The notes under the pieces: generated by a model | The model's database searches: none | Told to the model about the DNA's origin: nothing | What the model saw: only the letters and a program-made list of their open reading frames with translations | Shown here: in pieces, positions 1 through 9,656 of the stretch | Position numbering within the stretch: the stretch's first letter is position 1 | Layout: each line of letters starts with the position of its first letter | Program-made: the position numbers and the translations under genes | Source: Alphaproteobacteria bacterium | GTDB taxonomy: Bacteria; Pseudomonadota; Alphaproteobacteria; Rs-D84 | Reading direction: 5' to 3' | Assembly (NCBI GenBank): GCA_017502865.1 | Contig: JAFVUD010000006.1 | Coordinates: 17,699 to 81,698 of the forward strand | Length of the DNA: 64,000 bases

Positions 1-423
1 AGAATTGCGGTAAAGGTAGATTCTGCAACCTTTTTGCCACCAACGAATGCAATACCGTGGAATTTATGCAATTTCATTTTTGTCACCAACAATTCCACAT
101 GCAATTCCAATTTATCACCAGGGCGTACCATGTGTGAAAATTTGATTTTTTCCATGGTGGTGAAATAGCCCAACATTCCTTCACGTTCTTCGGGTGACAG
201 GCGTGCAAACGCAACATAGCATGCGGTTTGTGCCAATGCTTCGATTTGCAGAACGCCTGGCATAATTGGGTTGCCTGGGAAATGGCCGTCGCACCAAAAT
301 TCGTCATCACGAACATATTTGACACCAACGGCACTGGTATCTGTGTATTCACGGATTTCATCAACCAATCGCATATTGCCACGATGTGGAATGATAGATT
401 CTATTTGTTTTGCGTCAATCATA
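1..423 (-). CDS. fabZ: 3-hydroxyacyl-ACP dehydratase FabZ (C-terminal end cut by window edge)
   Basis: Absent from the ORF track because it runs off the window edge. Manual translation from ATG 423-421 gives MIDAKQIESIIPHRGNMRLVDEI..WCDGHFPGNPIMPGVLQIEALAQTA.., a FabZ hot-dog signature. It lies downstream of lpxD as in lpxD-fabZ clusters. Confidence 0.9.
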
Positions 424-446
424 CTTTCCCCCTTTGCTGATTAAGA

Positions 447-1490
447 CTATTTACGGGTGTTCTTTTTCAACCATGCATAGTGACGCATAAATTCGGTTCC
501 AGGGCCGGCTGGATAGCCCATATGGCTTTCACCATCGGGGATGTTGCGGAACACACCACTGTTTGCACCAACCGAAGAATCGTTACCAATTTTGACCCCG
601 TTCGCTACACCAACGTGTCCACCCAACAACGCACGGTCACCAACAACCACACCGCCCGCCAGTCCAACACCAGATGCCAAAAAGCATTCTGAACCAATTA
701 CGACACCGTGGGCAATCTGGCACAGGTTGTCTATTTTGGTACCATCGCCAACCCGTGTATCAGTCATCGCACCACGATCAATGCATGTATTTGCACCCAC
801 AGACACCCGGTCGCCCAATACCACACGACCAACATGTGGGATAAAGACGTTATGGCCATCTTGACGTGTATAGCCAAAACCATCTTTGCCAATCACGGCG
901 CCTGCGTTAATAACACAGTCTGCGCCAATTGTTGCGTTTTCAATGTGTGCACCGGTCTGGATAATTGTGCCACGGCCAATTGTCACATTACGACCGATGA
1001 ACGCATTTGGATAAATTTTTACATCTGGTTCAATTACCGCACCACGTTCAATCGTTGCAAACTGGCCAACATAGGTGCTGCGTTTTTTGCGAAAGAATAC
1101 ACCAGATTCAACAAACGCATGGCGGCTGATACCGGTGCGTGGTTTTTCGCGGTAGATTTCACCCAGAATTTTTACAATGTTTCCACGGGGGCTGTCGGTG
1201 ACCAACAGTGTTGCACCCTGGGGGGCATGTTTCACATTTTCGGGCTGAACCAAAATGACGGTTGCACGTGTGTTCTGCAACACTTCGATTGGTAAAATCT
1301 TGAACGCGGCACTGTTGCGTTCGGTGGAATAAAATGCCAACTGGCCCGGGCGAGCATCTGCGATTGGGGCAACGCCACGGACCGGTGTGTTTTTATCACC
1401 CACCAATTTCAGTCCAAATTTTTCAGCCAACTGTCCAGCGGTTGTTTTGGTCGCACTGGGGCCCAATAAAGATCTAATTATTTTCAACAT
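447..1490 (-). CDS. lpxD: UDP-3-O-acylglucosamine N-acyltransferase LpxD
   Basis: ORF 447-1607 trimmed to ATG 1490 ([12 protein letters not shown]..). Long run of hexapeptide beta-helix repeats (..[24 protein letters not shown]..). TAG stop. Confidence 0.85.
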   Translation of the reverse strand: MLKIIRSLLGPSATKTTAGQLAEKFGLKLVGDKNTPVRGVAPIADARPGQLAFYSTERNSAAFKILPIEVLQNTRATVILVQPENVKHAPQGATLLVTDSPRGNIVKILGEIYREKPRTGISRHAFVESGVFFRKKRSTYVGQFATIERGAVIEPDVKIYPNAFIGRNVTIGRGTIIQTGAHIENATIGADCVINAGAVIGKDGFGYTRQDGHNVFIPHVGRVVLGDRVSVGANTCIDRGAMTDTRVGDGTKIDNLCQIAHGVVIGSECFLASGVGLAGGVVVGDRALLGGHVGVANGVKIGNDSSVGANSGVFRNIPDGESHMGYPAGPGTEFMRHYAWLKKNTRK

Positions 1491-1540
1491 GTGCCGATTA
1501 TAGCAAAAAAAATCTGCGGTGCCAGTTTTTTTCTGGGGCA

Positions 1541-1566
1541 ATAAAAAACGCCCCAGATGGGGCGTT
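1541..1566 (-). terminator. Intrinsic terminator after infB
   Basis: Stem AACGCCCC (1547-54) / GGGGCGTT (1559-66), followed on the minus strand by TTTTAT. Confidence 0.7.
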
Positions 1567-1570
1567 GGTT

Positions 1571-3978
1571 TTATATCTGGGCACGAACTTCTTCGACCTC
1601 GTAACATTCGACACGGTCGCCTTCTTTCAAGTCATTATACTTGTCAAAAGACATACCGAATTCAACGCCACCAGATACTTCTTTGACTTCGTTCTTTTCA
1701 CGACGTAATTGACCAATTTTGCCATCATAGATAACAACATTGTTACGCAACAGACGAACGAAAGCGTCTTTCTTAATCGTACCTTCGGTCAGGCGGCAAC
1801 CGGCAACACGAACGCCTTTGCCGACGGTGAACAGTGCGATAACGTCTGCATAACCGATAAAGGTTTCACGTTTTTCAGGTGCCAATTTACCCGACAGAAT
1901 TTCTTTGATTTCGTCTGTGATGCGATATACAACGCTGTGATAGCGAATATCAACACCGTTGTTGCGTGCCATATCACGAACTGCGGCATCGGCACGAACG
2001 TTAAACGCAATGATAACAGCCCCAGATGCGGTTGCCAGACGGATGTCACCTTCGGTGATTTGGCCAACACCAGATGACAGGATTTCAACACCAACTTTGT
2101 CTGTGTTGATATCTTTGACCATATCCGAAATCGCTTCGACAGACCCCTGGACGTCGGCACGCAGGATAATTGGCAATATCAATTTCTTGGACTCATCACG
2201 TTTGGCAAACAATTCTTCCAGTGAAGAACGTTTGGCGGCGTTGGCTTTATCCTTGGCCTTTTGTACACGGTATGCGGCAACTTCACGGGTTTGGGCTTCG
2301 GTTTCCATAACACGCAATTCGTCACCGGCAGATGGTACAGAATCCAACCCCAAAATAACCGCAGGCTGGCCCGGTTTTACGGATTTTACACGAACACCAT
2401 CAGACCCAATCAAGCCACGGATACGACCGAATGTTTCACCAACAACGAACACGTCGCCGATTTTCAATGTGCCCTGGCGCATCAGGATTGTTGCAACCGC
2501 ACCCAAGCCTTTTTCCATTTTGGCTTCGACTACGTATGCGACCGCAGGCATTTCTGGGTCTGCTTTTAATTCCATCATTTCCGCCTGGAGCAGAATCGCC
2601 TCTTCCAGTTTATCCAGACCAATTTTCTTGGTTGCAGAAATTTCTACACACTGGACATCGCCACCCATTTCTTCGACCTGGACTTCCTGTTGCAACAGGT
2701 CGGTTTTAACGCGTAATGCGTTCGCTTCGGGCAGGTCGATTTTGTTAATCGCAACAATAAATGGTACACCGGCGGCACGAATGTGGTTAATCGCTTCGAT
2801 TGTCTGGGGCATGATAGAATCGTTTGCCGCAACAACCAGAACAACAATGTCTGCCATTTGGGCACCACGGGCACGCATGGCTGTAAATGTTTCGTGGCCA
2901 GGTGTGTCCAAGAATGTGATAACCGCACCAGATTTTGTTTTAACTTCGTACGAAGAAATATGCTGGGTAATACCACCTGCTTCGCCGGCGGCAACGTTCG
3001 CATTACGGAATGCGTCCAGCAATGATGTTTTACCATGGTCAACGTGACCCACAACCGTCACAACCGGTGCACGTGGCTGTAATTTTGCAGGGTCTGGTTC
3101 ACGTTCCAGCAAATCTGCATATGGTTTTACAACAACACGTTTAACAGTTGCACCAAATTCGCCCGCAATCAGTTCGGCTGTATCGGCATCGATAGATTGG
3201 TTCACAGATACCATCATGCCCATTTCCATCAATTTTTTGATAACATTACCAACCTTTTCCGCCATGGCGGCTGCCAAATCTTTGACAGTGATAGTATCGC
3301 CCAGGGTCACAACATGTTCAACCTTTTGTGGGGCGGTGAACATGGCACGTGCTTTTTCACGGAAACGTTTCAAGGACGCTTCGGAACGACGACGGTTTGC
3401 ACCACGAATACCGATTTCATCATCGTCATCGCCATCACCCATAACGATATCATGCAGGTGGATTTGCCAGTTTTTTTGAAATCTTTTTTGCCGTTGCCAA
3501 ATTTGTTTGTTGGACGTGTGTCTTCGTCATCAGATTGCCCACGGTTTTTACGGGCATTGCCACCGGATGGGGCGTTGTTTGTGAAAACCTTGGGTGCTGG
3601 TTTTGGCTGGGGCTTTGGTGCCGGTTCTTCTTCGACAGGTTCTTCGGCTGCAACATTTTCACGGGCGGCCAATTGTTCGCGAACCTGTTCATATTCACGA
3701 TTTTCGCGTTCAATTTCCGCAGCACGGGCAGCGGCGGCCGCTTCTTCGGCGGCGGCACGGGCACGACGTTCTTCTTCACGGGCCTTGGCCGCTTCTAGAA
3801 CAGCACGCAGTTTTTCGTCTGCGGCATTGCGTGGGGCCGCAGGTGCGGTTGGTTCGTCACGCAATTCTTTGCTGCCGGGTGCAACAACACGACGACGACG
3901 TTCGACAAAAACGGAATCGCCTTTCTTGCTTTGCACTGCGTCAATTGTTACAGATTTTCCAAGTGTTAATGTTGCCAT
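1571..3978 (-). CDS. infB: Translation initiation factor IF-2, interrupted by a -1 frameshift
   Basis: Two overlapping minus-strand ORFs. ORF 3978-3370 is the Ala/Glu/Arg-rich IF-2 N-terminal region (MATLTLGKS..). ORF 3442-1571 holds the G domain ([28 protein letters not shown]) and C-terminal domains. Joining them needs a -1 shift between about 3530 and 3440. Confidence 0.9.
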
Positions 3979-4035
3979 AATAAACCTTATCTATGTGTTT
4001 TATCCGCAGCATGGATTTGCTGCGGATATTATGTT

Positions 4036-5574
4036 TTATTCTTCGTCCTGTTTAATGTCGTATGCCAATTCACGGGCCTTCATAATTACACGACCGGCCA
4101 GGCGGTTTGACATTGTGTCTTCGCCCAAGATTTCAACCAATTCGTCAGATGACAGGTCGGCCAAATCATCCAGTGATTTGATGCCGGCGTTGCCCAACTG
4201 CATGATGATTGGACGTTTGATAAAGTCAAAGTTCAACAAATCGTCGGACATGCCCAATTTGTGACCTTCGGCGATGTAATCTTGTTCGATTTTGTTCAGG
4301 TAATCGTTCGCACGTTTTTGCAATTCTGCCGCCAATTCAGCATTAAAGCCTTCGATAGATTCTAATTCTGCAATGTCAACGAATGCGATTTCTTCGATTG
4401 TACGGAAACCTTCGGTAATCAACAGGTGTGCAATCATTTCATCAACGTCCAAACCACGGATGAACAATTCTGTCTTTTCTTTGAATTCTTTGGCACGACG
4501 TTCCTGTTCTTCGGTTTCGTTCATAACGTCGATATTCCAACCAGTCAACTGGGATGCCAAACGTACGTTCTGGCCACGGCGACCGATTGCCAAAGACTGT
4601 TGATCTTCGTTCACAACAACAGCGGCACTGCGTGTGTCTTCGTCAACGATGATTTTTGCGACCTTGGCAGGCTGCATTGCGTTTACGATAAATACAGCAG
4701 GGTCGTCCGAATACAAGATAACGTCAATCTTTTCACCATGACATTCGTTGATAACAGGTTGGATACGGGTACCTTTGATACCAACAGTCATACCAACCGC
4801 ATCAATAGAAGGATCGTTTGTTTCAACAGCGATTTTCGCATGTGACCCAGGTGCACGGGCAACAGATTTGATTTTGATGATGCCTTCGTAGATTTCTGGA
4901 ACTTCCTGGGTGAACAATTTTTCCATAAACAATGGATGTGTACGGGTCAAGAAAATCTGGGGACCGGTGTTAGAACGTGATACATCCATAATCAATGCAC
5001 GTACACGATCACCAACCGTCAAACGTTCGCCCGGAATCAGTTCTGAACCCTTGATATAACCTTCGGCTTTGCCGTTAATGTCAACAAAGATGCTGCCGAA
5101 TTCAACACGTTTAACAACACCACTGACGATGTCGCCGATATTATCTTTGAATTCTTCGTATTGACGGCCCTTTTCTGCATCACGGACACGTGTTGTCATA
5201 ATCTGTTTTGCGGTCTGGAATGCCATGCGGCCAAATTCTGGTTCAGGCAGTGCATCTTCGACAACGTCGCCAACAACAGGTGACTTGGCATATTTTTTTG
5301 CCTGGGCCACAGTCAGCATTGTGTTTGCATCGTATTCGTCGCCCATGGATTCTGGGGATTCAATAACAGTAAACAAACGTTTTACATAAATCGCACCGTT
5401 TTTGCGGTCGATATTGGCGGTAATATTGAATTCTTCGCCGTATTTATGCTTTGCGATTTTCGCAATGGCCGCTTCCAATGATTCAATAACAATTTCGCGG
5501 TCAATTTGTTTTTCCTGGGCCAAAGAATCAATTGCAAGCAATAAATCCTGGCGAGGCATCGATACAAAAGACAT
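4036..5574 (-). CDS. nusA: Transcription termination/antitermination factor NusA
   Basis: 512 aa with S1/KH architecture (..GRRGQNVRLASQLTGWNIDV..) and C-terminal HhH-like repeats. Directly upstream of infB. Confidence 0.95.
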   Translation of the reverse strand: MSFVSMPRQDLLLAIDSLAQEKQIDREIVIESLEAAIAKIAKHKYGEEFNITANIDRKNGAIYVKRLFTVIESPESMGDEYDANTMLTVAQAKKYAKSPVVGDVVEDALPEPEFGRMAFQTAKQIMTTRVRDAEKGRQYEEFKDNIGDIVSGVVKRVEFGSIFVDINGKAEGYIKGSELIPGERLTVGDRVRALIMDVSRSNTGPQIFLTRTHPLFMEKLFTQEVPEIYEGIIKIKSVARAPGSHAKIAVETNDPSIDAVGMTVGIKGTRIQPVINECHGEKIDVILYSDDPAVFIVNAMQPAKVAKIIVDEDTRSAAVVVNEDQQSLAIGRRGQNVRLASQLTGWNIDVMNETEEQERRAKEFKEKTELFIRGLDVDEMIAHLLITEGFRTIEEIAFVDIAELESIEGFNAELAAELQKRANDYLNKIEQDYIAEGHKLGMSDDLLNFDFIKRPIIMQLGNAGIKSLDDLADLSSDELVEILGEDTMSNRLAGRVIMKARELAYDIKQDEE

Positions 5575-5601
5575 TTGTTTACTCCTTAGCTTTTATGTCT
5601 T

Positions 5602-5632
5602 ATTAAAAGGCGGGGTTCTTGCAACCCCGCCC
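5602..5632 (-). terminator. Terminator-like hairpin in the nusA leader
   Basis: Minus strand reads GGCGGGGTT-GCAAG-AACCCCGCC followed by TTTTAAT, about 27 nt upstream of the nusA ATG. Confidence 0.5.
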
Positions 5633-5698
5633 TTAAAAACTCGTTTAAGAACACGTATATTATTAACATCGAATCGGGCAATTGCAAGCGAAATATAT

Positions 5699-5727
5699 TT
5701 GACGATGGCGGCTTTGGGTTTTATACT
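5699..5727 (+). promoter_or_regulatory. Sigma70-like promoter of lptG (near-leaderless)
   Basis: TTGACG (5699-5704), 17-nt spacer, TATACT (5722-27). The ATG at 5737 is 9 nt downstream. Confidence 0.5.
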
Positions 5728-5736
5728 GGGGGTGTC

Positions 5737-6795
5737 ATGAAAATTTTAAACAGATACTTTTTAAAGCAACTGGTCGCCGTATTTATTATGCTGATGATGG
5801 TGTTGACGGGGCTGGCCTGGATGATGCAGATTATGTCGATGATGAAATTTCTGCTGAATTACGGGGTGAATTTGTCCAGTTTTCTGGGGCTGACGGCGTT
5901 GATGATTCCGTTTATTATGTCGATTATTATACCGTTCGTGCTGTTTATCGCGATTATTTTCGTTTATAACAAGATGATTACAGATAACGAAGTGACTGTT
6001 ATGGCGGCCAGTGGGCTGTCACCAAAACAGATTGCAAAGCCCGCCATTGGTATCGCCGTGGTGTTGACTGTGTTGCATTTGATATTAAACCTGTGGATTG
6101 TACCGGCAACACAATCTAAATTCTATGACACGCAATGGAATCTGCGATATGGAATGGCCCATATGAAATTACAAGAAGGTGCATTTACAGAATTAAATAG
6201 CGGGTTGGTCGTATATGTGGACAAGGTTTCTGGGCATGATTTGGCACAACTGATGCTGTCGGACAAGCGGGCAGATAATTCATGGCAAACAATATTTGCA
6301 GAAAAAGGCAAGTTGGTTTCAACAGTACGTGGTTTGTCGATTGTTATGTTAAATGGGTCTTTGCAGGCCACAGGTGACGCAAATGTCACCGGTACATTTG
6401 ATACATTTGACATGGATTTGAATATTGTGGACAAAGAAGGTGGTTCTTCATTCAAGGTGCGACGGGTACCAACCAGTGAACTGATTAAATCAATATTGGA
6501 TTCGCCAACCGAAAAGCAACATAAAATGGTTTTGACAGAATTGTCTAATCGTTTGTTGATGCCAATTATGAATCTGATATTGGCGTTGCTGTGTGCAACA
6601 GTGTTGCTGCGTTCATCGTTGCTGCGGCGACGTACCAGTTTGGCCCCAGCCATTGCAGTTGCATCTATGGCGGCGGTTATGGCGGCATTTATGTCGGGGT
6701 CTAATATGATTACCAGTGTGACAGGACTGGGGCTGTTGGCGATGGGGCAAATTATTTTGCTTATTATTATATTTATTGTATTATCCAAAAAATGA
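5737..6795 (+). CDS. lptG: LPS export permease, LptF/LptG (YjgP/YjgQ) family, probably LptG
   Basis: 352 aa polytopic membrane protein with N-terminus MKILNRYFLKQL.. typical of the family. ATGA overlap with lptD. Confidence 0.75.
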   Translation: MKILNRYFLKQLVAVFIMLMMVLTGLAWMMQIMSMMKFLLNYGVNLSSFLGLTALMIPFIMSIIIPFVLFIAIIFVYNKMITDNEVTVMAASGLSPKQIAKPAIGIAVVLTVLHLILNLWIVPATQSKFYDTQWNLRYGMAHMKLQEGAFTELNSGLVVYVDKVSGHDLAQLMLSDKRADNSWQTIFAEKGKLVSTVRGLSIVMLNGSLQATGDANVTGTFDTFDMDLNIVDKEGGSSFKVRRVPTSELIKSILDSPTEKQHKMVLTELSNRLLMPIMNLILALLCATVLLRSSLLRRRTSLAPAIAVASMAAVMAAFMSGSNMITSVTGLGLLAMGQIILLIIIFIVLSKK

Positions 6796-8813
6796 AGTTG
6801 AAAGTATCGCTGATTTTAATGGCATATGTGGCAACCGCAGGTACGGCGGGGGCGTTTTCTGTGAACATGGACGAACCACGCACAATTCGGGCCGATAAAA
6901 TTGAATATGATTTGAACAGCGCAGCGATTAAAACCAGTGGAAATACAGAAATCACAAATCAGTCGGGCCAGAAAATGACCCTGACGGATTCATACATTTC
7001 AAAAGACGGGTCCAGTCTGGTGGGTGATGATATACAAATCTGGTTGGGCGAACACGTGTATGTGGAATCGGCCAACGTGGAAAAGACAGGCGACGTCACC
7101 GTTGCCAAAGACGCAATATTTACCGCATGTGCAAATTGTGACGATATTGGAACCGCATGGGAAATTTCATCGTATAAAATCGTGCATGACATGGGCGAAC
7201 GGATGTTAAGTTTTTACAGTCCTGTGTTATGGGCGTACAGCGTGCCAGTGTTCTGGATTCCATGGTTTGAAATGCCAGACCCAGGGGTAAAACACAAATC
7301 TGGGTTTTTAATGCCTGATTTTGGGTCAACCAATAATATGGGAACAGAATTTAATATTCCGTTCTATCTGTATTTGTCAGACACACATGACATGACATTT
7401 ACAGCATCGTATTTAACCCAGGAAAACCCATTATTCCAGATTGAACACAGATTAAATGCCCCACATTCTGAATACAGAACCGAAGGGTCTTTTACACGAA
7501 ATCGTGATGGTGAAAATCGCTGGCATATTTTTAATGATGATGTAATCGAATTGGGCGAATATGCACGGGCGACTGTATTTCTGGAACGTGCGTCCGACAA
7601 AACATATTTGCAGAAATATGGATTCTATAACGACCAGCCGTATTTGGATTCAGGGGCCAAGGTTGAATTATTCGGTCAATCTGGATACGTGATTGCAGAT
7701 GCACACGTTTTCCAAGAACTGCGTCAGGGATCCAAGACACAGGCGGTGCCCAGTGGTAATATTTTGCCAAACGTTCGTGGGGTTTATCAAACAGATCCGT
7801 TCTGGAATGAAACATATGGGGTGTTATCGGGTGACGTGTTGGCAATTTCAGGTTCAGGTGCATCATCCCAGCGTTTGATTGGTGACGCACGTGTTGTTTC
7901 GCCATGGACAATTGGTGGTGGCAACAGAATTACCGCCAGTTTGTCTGCACGATATGATATTTATCATTTTGACAATACTGATTTGATTGACCAAGAAAAC
8001 TTTTCTGGGTTCAAAAACCGCTTCTTGCCCAGTGGGTATATTGAATGGGGATTGCCTTTATTTAGACCAACAGAAACATGGACACAGATTATTGAACCAC
8101 GTGCACGATTGACGATTATGCGGCACACAGACCAGGATGAGTTTGGTTTGAATAATGATTCTGCGGGGACTTTTTTGTCTGCATCGACACTGTTTTCAGA
8201 CAATCGATTTGCAGGACTGGATTTGTGGGAAAATGGTACATTTGCAGACTATGGTGTGCGGTGGGCGGCATTTGATAATAAAAACGGTGACACAATAGAA
8301 GTGTTTGCCGGTCAATCTTATGATTTCACAGATCGTGCAACAACGGACAAAAACAGTGGATTTCACGAAGGAACATCCGATTATGTTGGACGGTTTGCAT
8401 ATAACAATAATGATTGGCTGGATTTAGCAACCCGATTCCGTCTGGGGCGGGACGATTTGTCACTGCGGCATATGGAAACATCGGCACATATTGGCCGGGG
8501 TGGTAATTTCTTGAACATTGGGCACATTTGGTCGCAACAGTTTTCAGACACAATGGCCGCCAATAACGACATTAATGAATTGGTTGCAGGGGTTGGGGTT
8601 AAACTGTCCAACAGATGGTCTGTGCGATGGAACGCAATTTACAATATGACGGTTGGCGATTTTCAAAGACACACCGGTGGTGTGTACTATGAACACCCAT
8701 GCTATTACCTGTCTGTGGAATACCGTCGGGATAATGCCGAAAAATACGACTATGTCGGGACAACTACTTTCCAATTCAAATTTGGTATGAGTATTGATGG
8801 ACAACACTATTAA
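6792..8813 (+). CDS. lptD: LPS-assembly outer membrane protein LptD
   Basis: 673 aa with signal peptide MKLKVSLILMAYVATAGTAGAFS and a large Tyr/Gly/Asn-rich beta-barrel. Conserved lptD-surA order. Confidence 0.8.
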   Translation: MKLKVSLILMAYVATAGTAGAFSVNMDEPRTIRADKIEYDLNSAAIKTSGNTEITNQSGQKMTLTDSYISKDGSSLVGDDIQIWLGEHVYVESANVEKTGDVTVAKDAIFTACANCDDIGTAWEISSYKIVHDMGERMLSFYSPVLWAYSVPVFWIPWFEMPDPGVKHKSGFLMPDFGSTNNMGTEFNIPFYLYLSDTHDMTFTASYLTQENPLFQIEHRLNAPHSEYRTEGSFTRNRDGENRWHIFNDDVIELGEYARATVFLERASDKTYLQKYGFYNDQPYLDSGAKVELFGQSGYVIADAHVFQELRQGSKTQAVPSGNILPNVRGVYQTDPFWNETYGVLSGDVLAISGSGASSQRLIGDARVVSPWTIGGGNRITASLSARYDIYHFDNTDLIDQENFSGFKNRFLPSGYIEWGLPLFRPTETWTQIIEPRARLTIMRHTDQDEFGLNNDSAGTFLSASTLFSDNRFAGLDLWENGTFADYGVRWAAFDNKNGDTIEVFAGQSYDFTDRATTDKNSGFHEGTSDYVGRFAYNNNDWLDLATRFRLGRDDLSLRHMETSAHIGRGGNFLNIGHIWSQQFSDTMAANNDINELVAGVGVKLSNRWSVRWNAIYNMTVGDFQRHTGGVYYEHPCYYLSVEYRRDNAEKYDYVGTTTFQFKFGMSIDGQHY

Positions 8814-8833
8814 AACGGAAGGAATGGGATAAA

Positions 8834-9652
8834 ATGAAAAAATTATTAGTGTTTTTGATGTGTATGGGAATAAATAACGCATTCGCTGCATCTGTGGTTG
8901 CAAATGTGAATGGAAAACCAATCACAGACACAGACGTGACAGCACGTACAACATTGATGGCAAAACAGGGAAAAACATCAACAGATAACCGTCGCCAGGC
9001 TTTACAGGGTATTATTGATGACAGTGTTAAGTTGGCATATGCGTCTAATTTTGGGGCCGTGCCAGATGACAAGGATGTCGAAAAAGAATTAAAGAAAATG
9101 AACCTGGGGGAATTAAGTGCATCTGAACGTGCGATGGCATTGTCTGCATTAAAGTCTGATATCGCATGGCAGATTGTTGTGGCACGTACAATCGTTCCAA
9201 CAATCGATGTTTCAAAAGATGATATCTTGGCAGAAAAGAAATCTTTGGCGGCACAGCACGGTTTGCCAATTGAAATGACAATTGTTCGATTGACAGATAT
9301 TCCAGCAGATATTGCAGAAAAACTGACTAAACCAAAATCCTGTGATGCGGCGGTTAAAATGGCCGAAGATTTGGGTGGGGTGCCACAGAAATTTACAGCC
9401 AAGCAATATGAATTGGCCGAAGATATTCGTGAACGTGTGGCAGGGTTGCCTAAACTGACATGGTCAGACAGGGTAGATGGCACAGTGTTATTGGTGTGCG
9501 ATGAAAAAAAGACAGATGAATACGGAAAACTGGACGAGGTAATTAAGCAAAACGCAATATTCAAGGCCGCAATGTTCCGTGCAGACCAGCAATTAAAACA
9601 ATTAAGACGTAAAGCCGTTATTGTTATAAACGACAACAGATACAAATTATAA
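8834..9652 (+). CDS. surA: SurA-like periplasmic chaperone (SurA N-terminal domain protein)
   Basis: Signal peptide, then ..VANVNGKPITDTDV.. typical of the SurA N-domain. Positioned after lptD. At 272 aa it probably lacks full PPIase domains. Confidence 0.6.
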   Translation: MKKLLVFLMCMGINNAFAASVVANVNGKPITDTDVTARTTLMAKQGKTSTDNRRQALQGIIDDSVKLAYASNFGAVPDDKDVEKELKKMNLGELSASERAMALSALKSDIAWQIVVARTIVPTIDVSKDDILAEKKSLAAQHGLPIEMTIVRLTDIPADIAEKLTKPKSCDAAVKMAEDLGGVPQKFTAKQYELAEDIRERVAGLPKLTWSDRVDGTVLLVCDEKKTDEYGKLDEVIKQNAIFKAAMFRADQQLKQLRRKAVIVINDNRYKL

Positions 9653-9656
9653 AGAT

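Noticed and set aside
1959-4264. Long plus-strand ORFs (1959-3047, 362 aa; 3197-4264, 355 aa) opposite infB and nusA.
   Set aside because: They mirror strongly recognisable genes on the other strand. Their translations are low-complexity (Ser/Ala/Arg/Thr-rich) with no motifs. This fits antisense frames kept open by the sense-strand codon bias.
8776-9645. 289-aa minus-strand ORF almost coextensive with the surA-like gene. Similar long antisense ORFs occur at 6123-6788, 14438-15499, 15154-15864, 47928-48716, 50097-50705, 52599-53234 and 58338-59003.
   Set aside because: All lie antisense to confidently identified genes and are Cys/Ser/Phe/Ile-rich. None has an SD or promoter signal. I treat them as frame artefacts, although their number is notable for an AT-rich genome.
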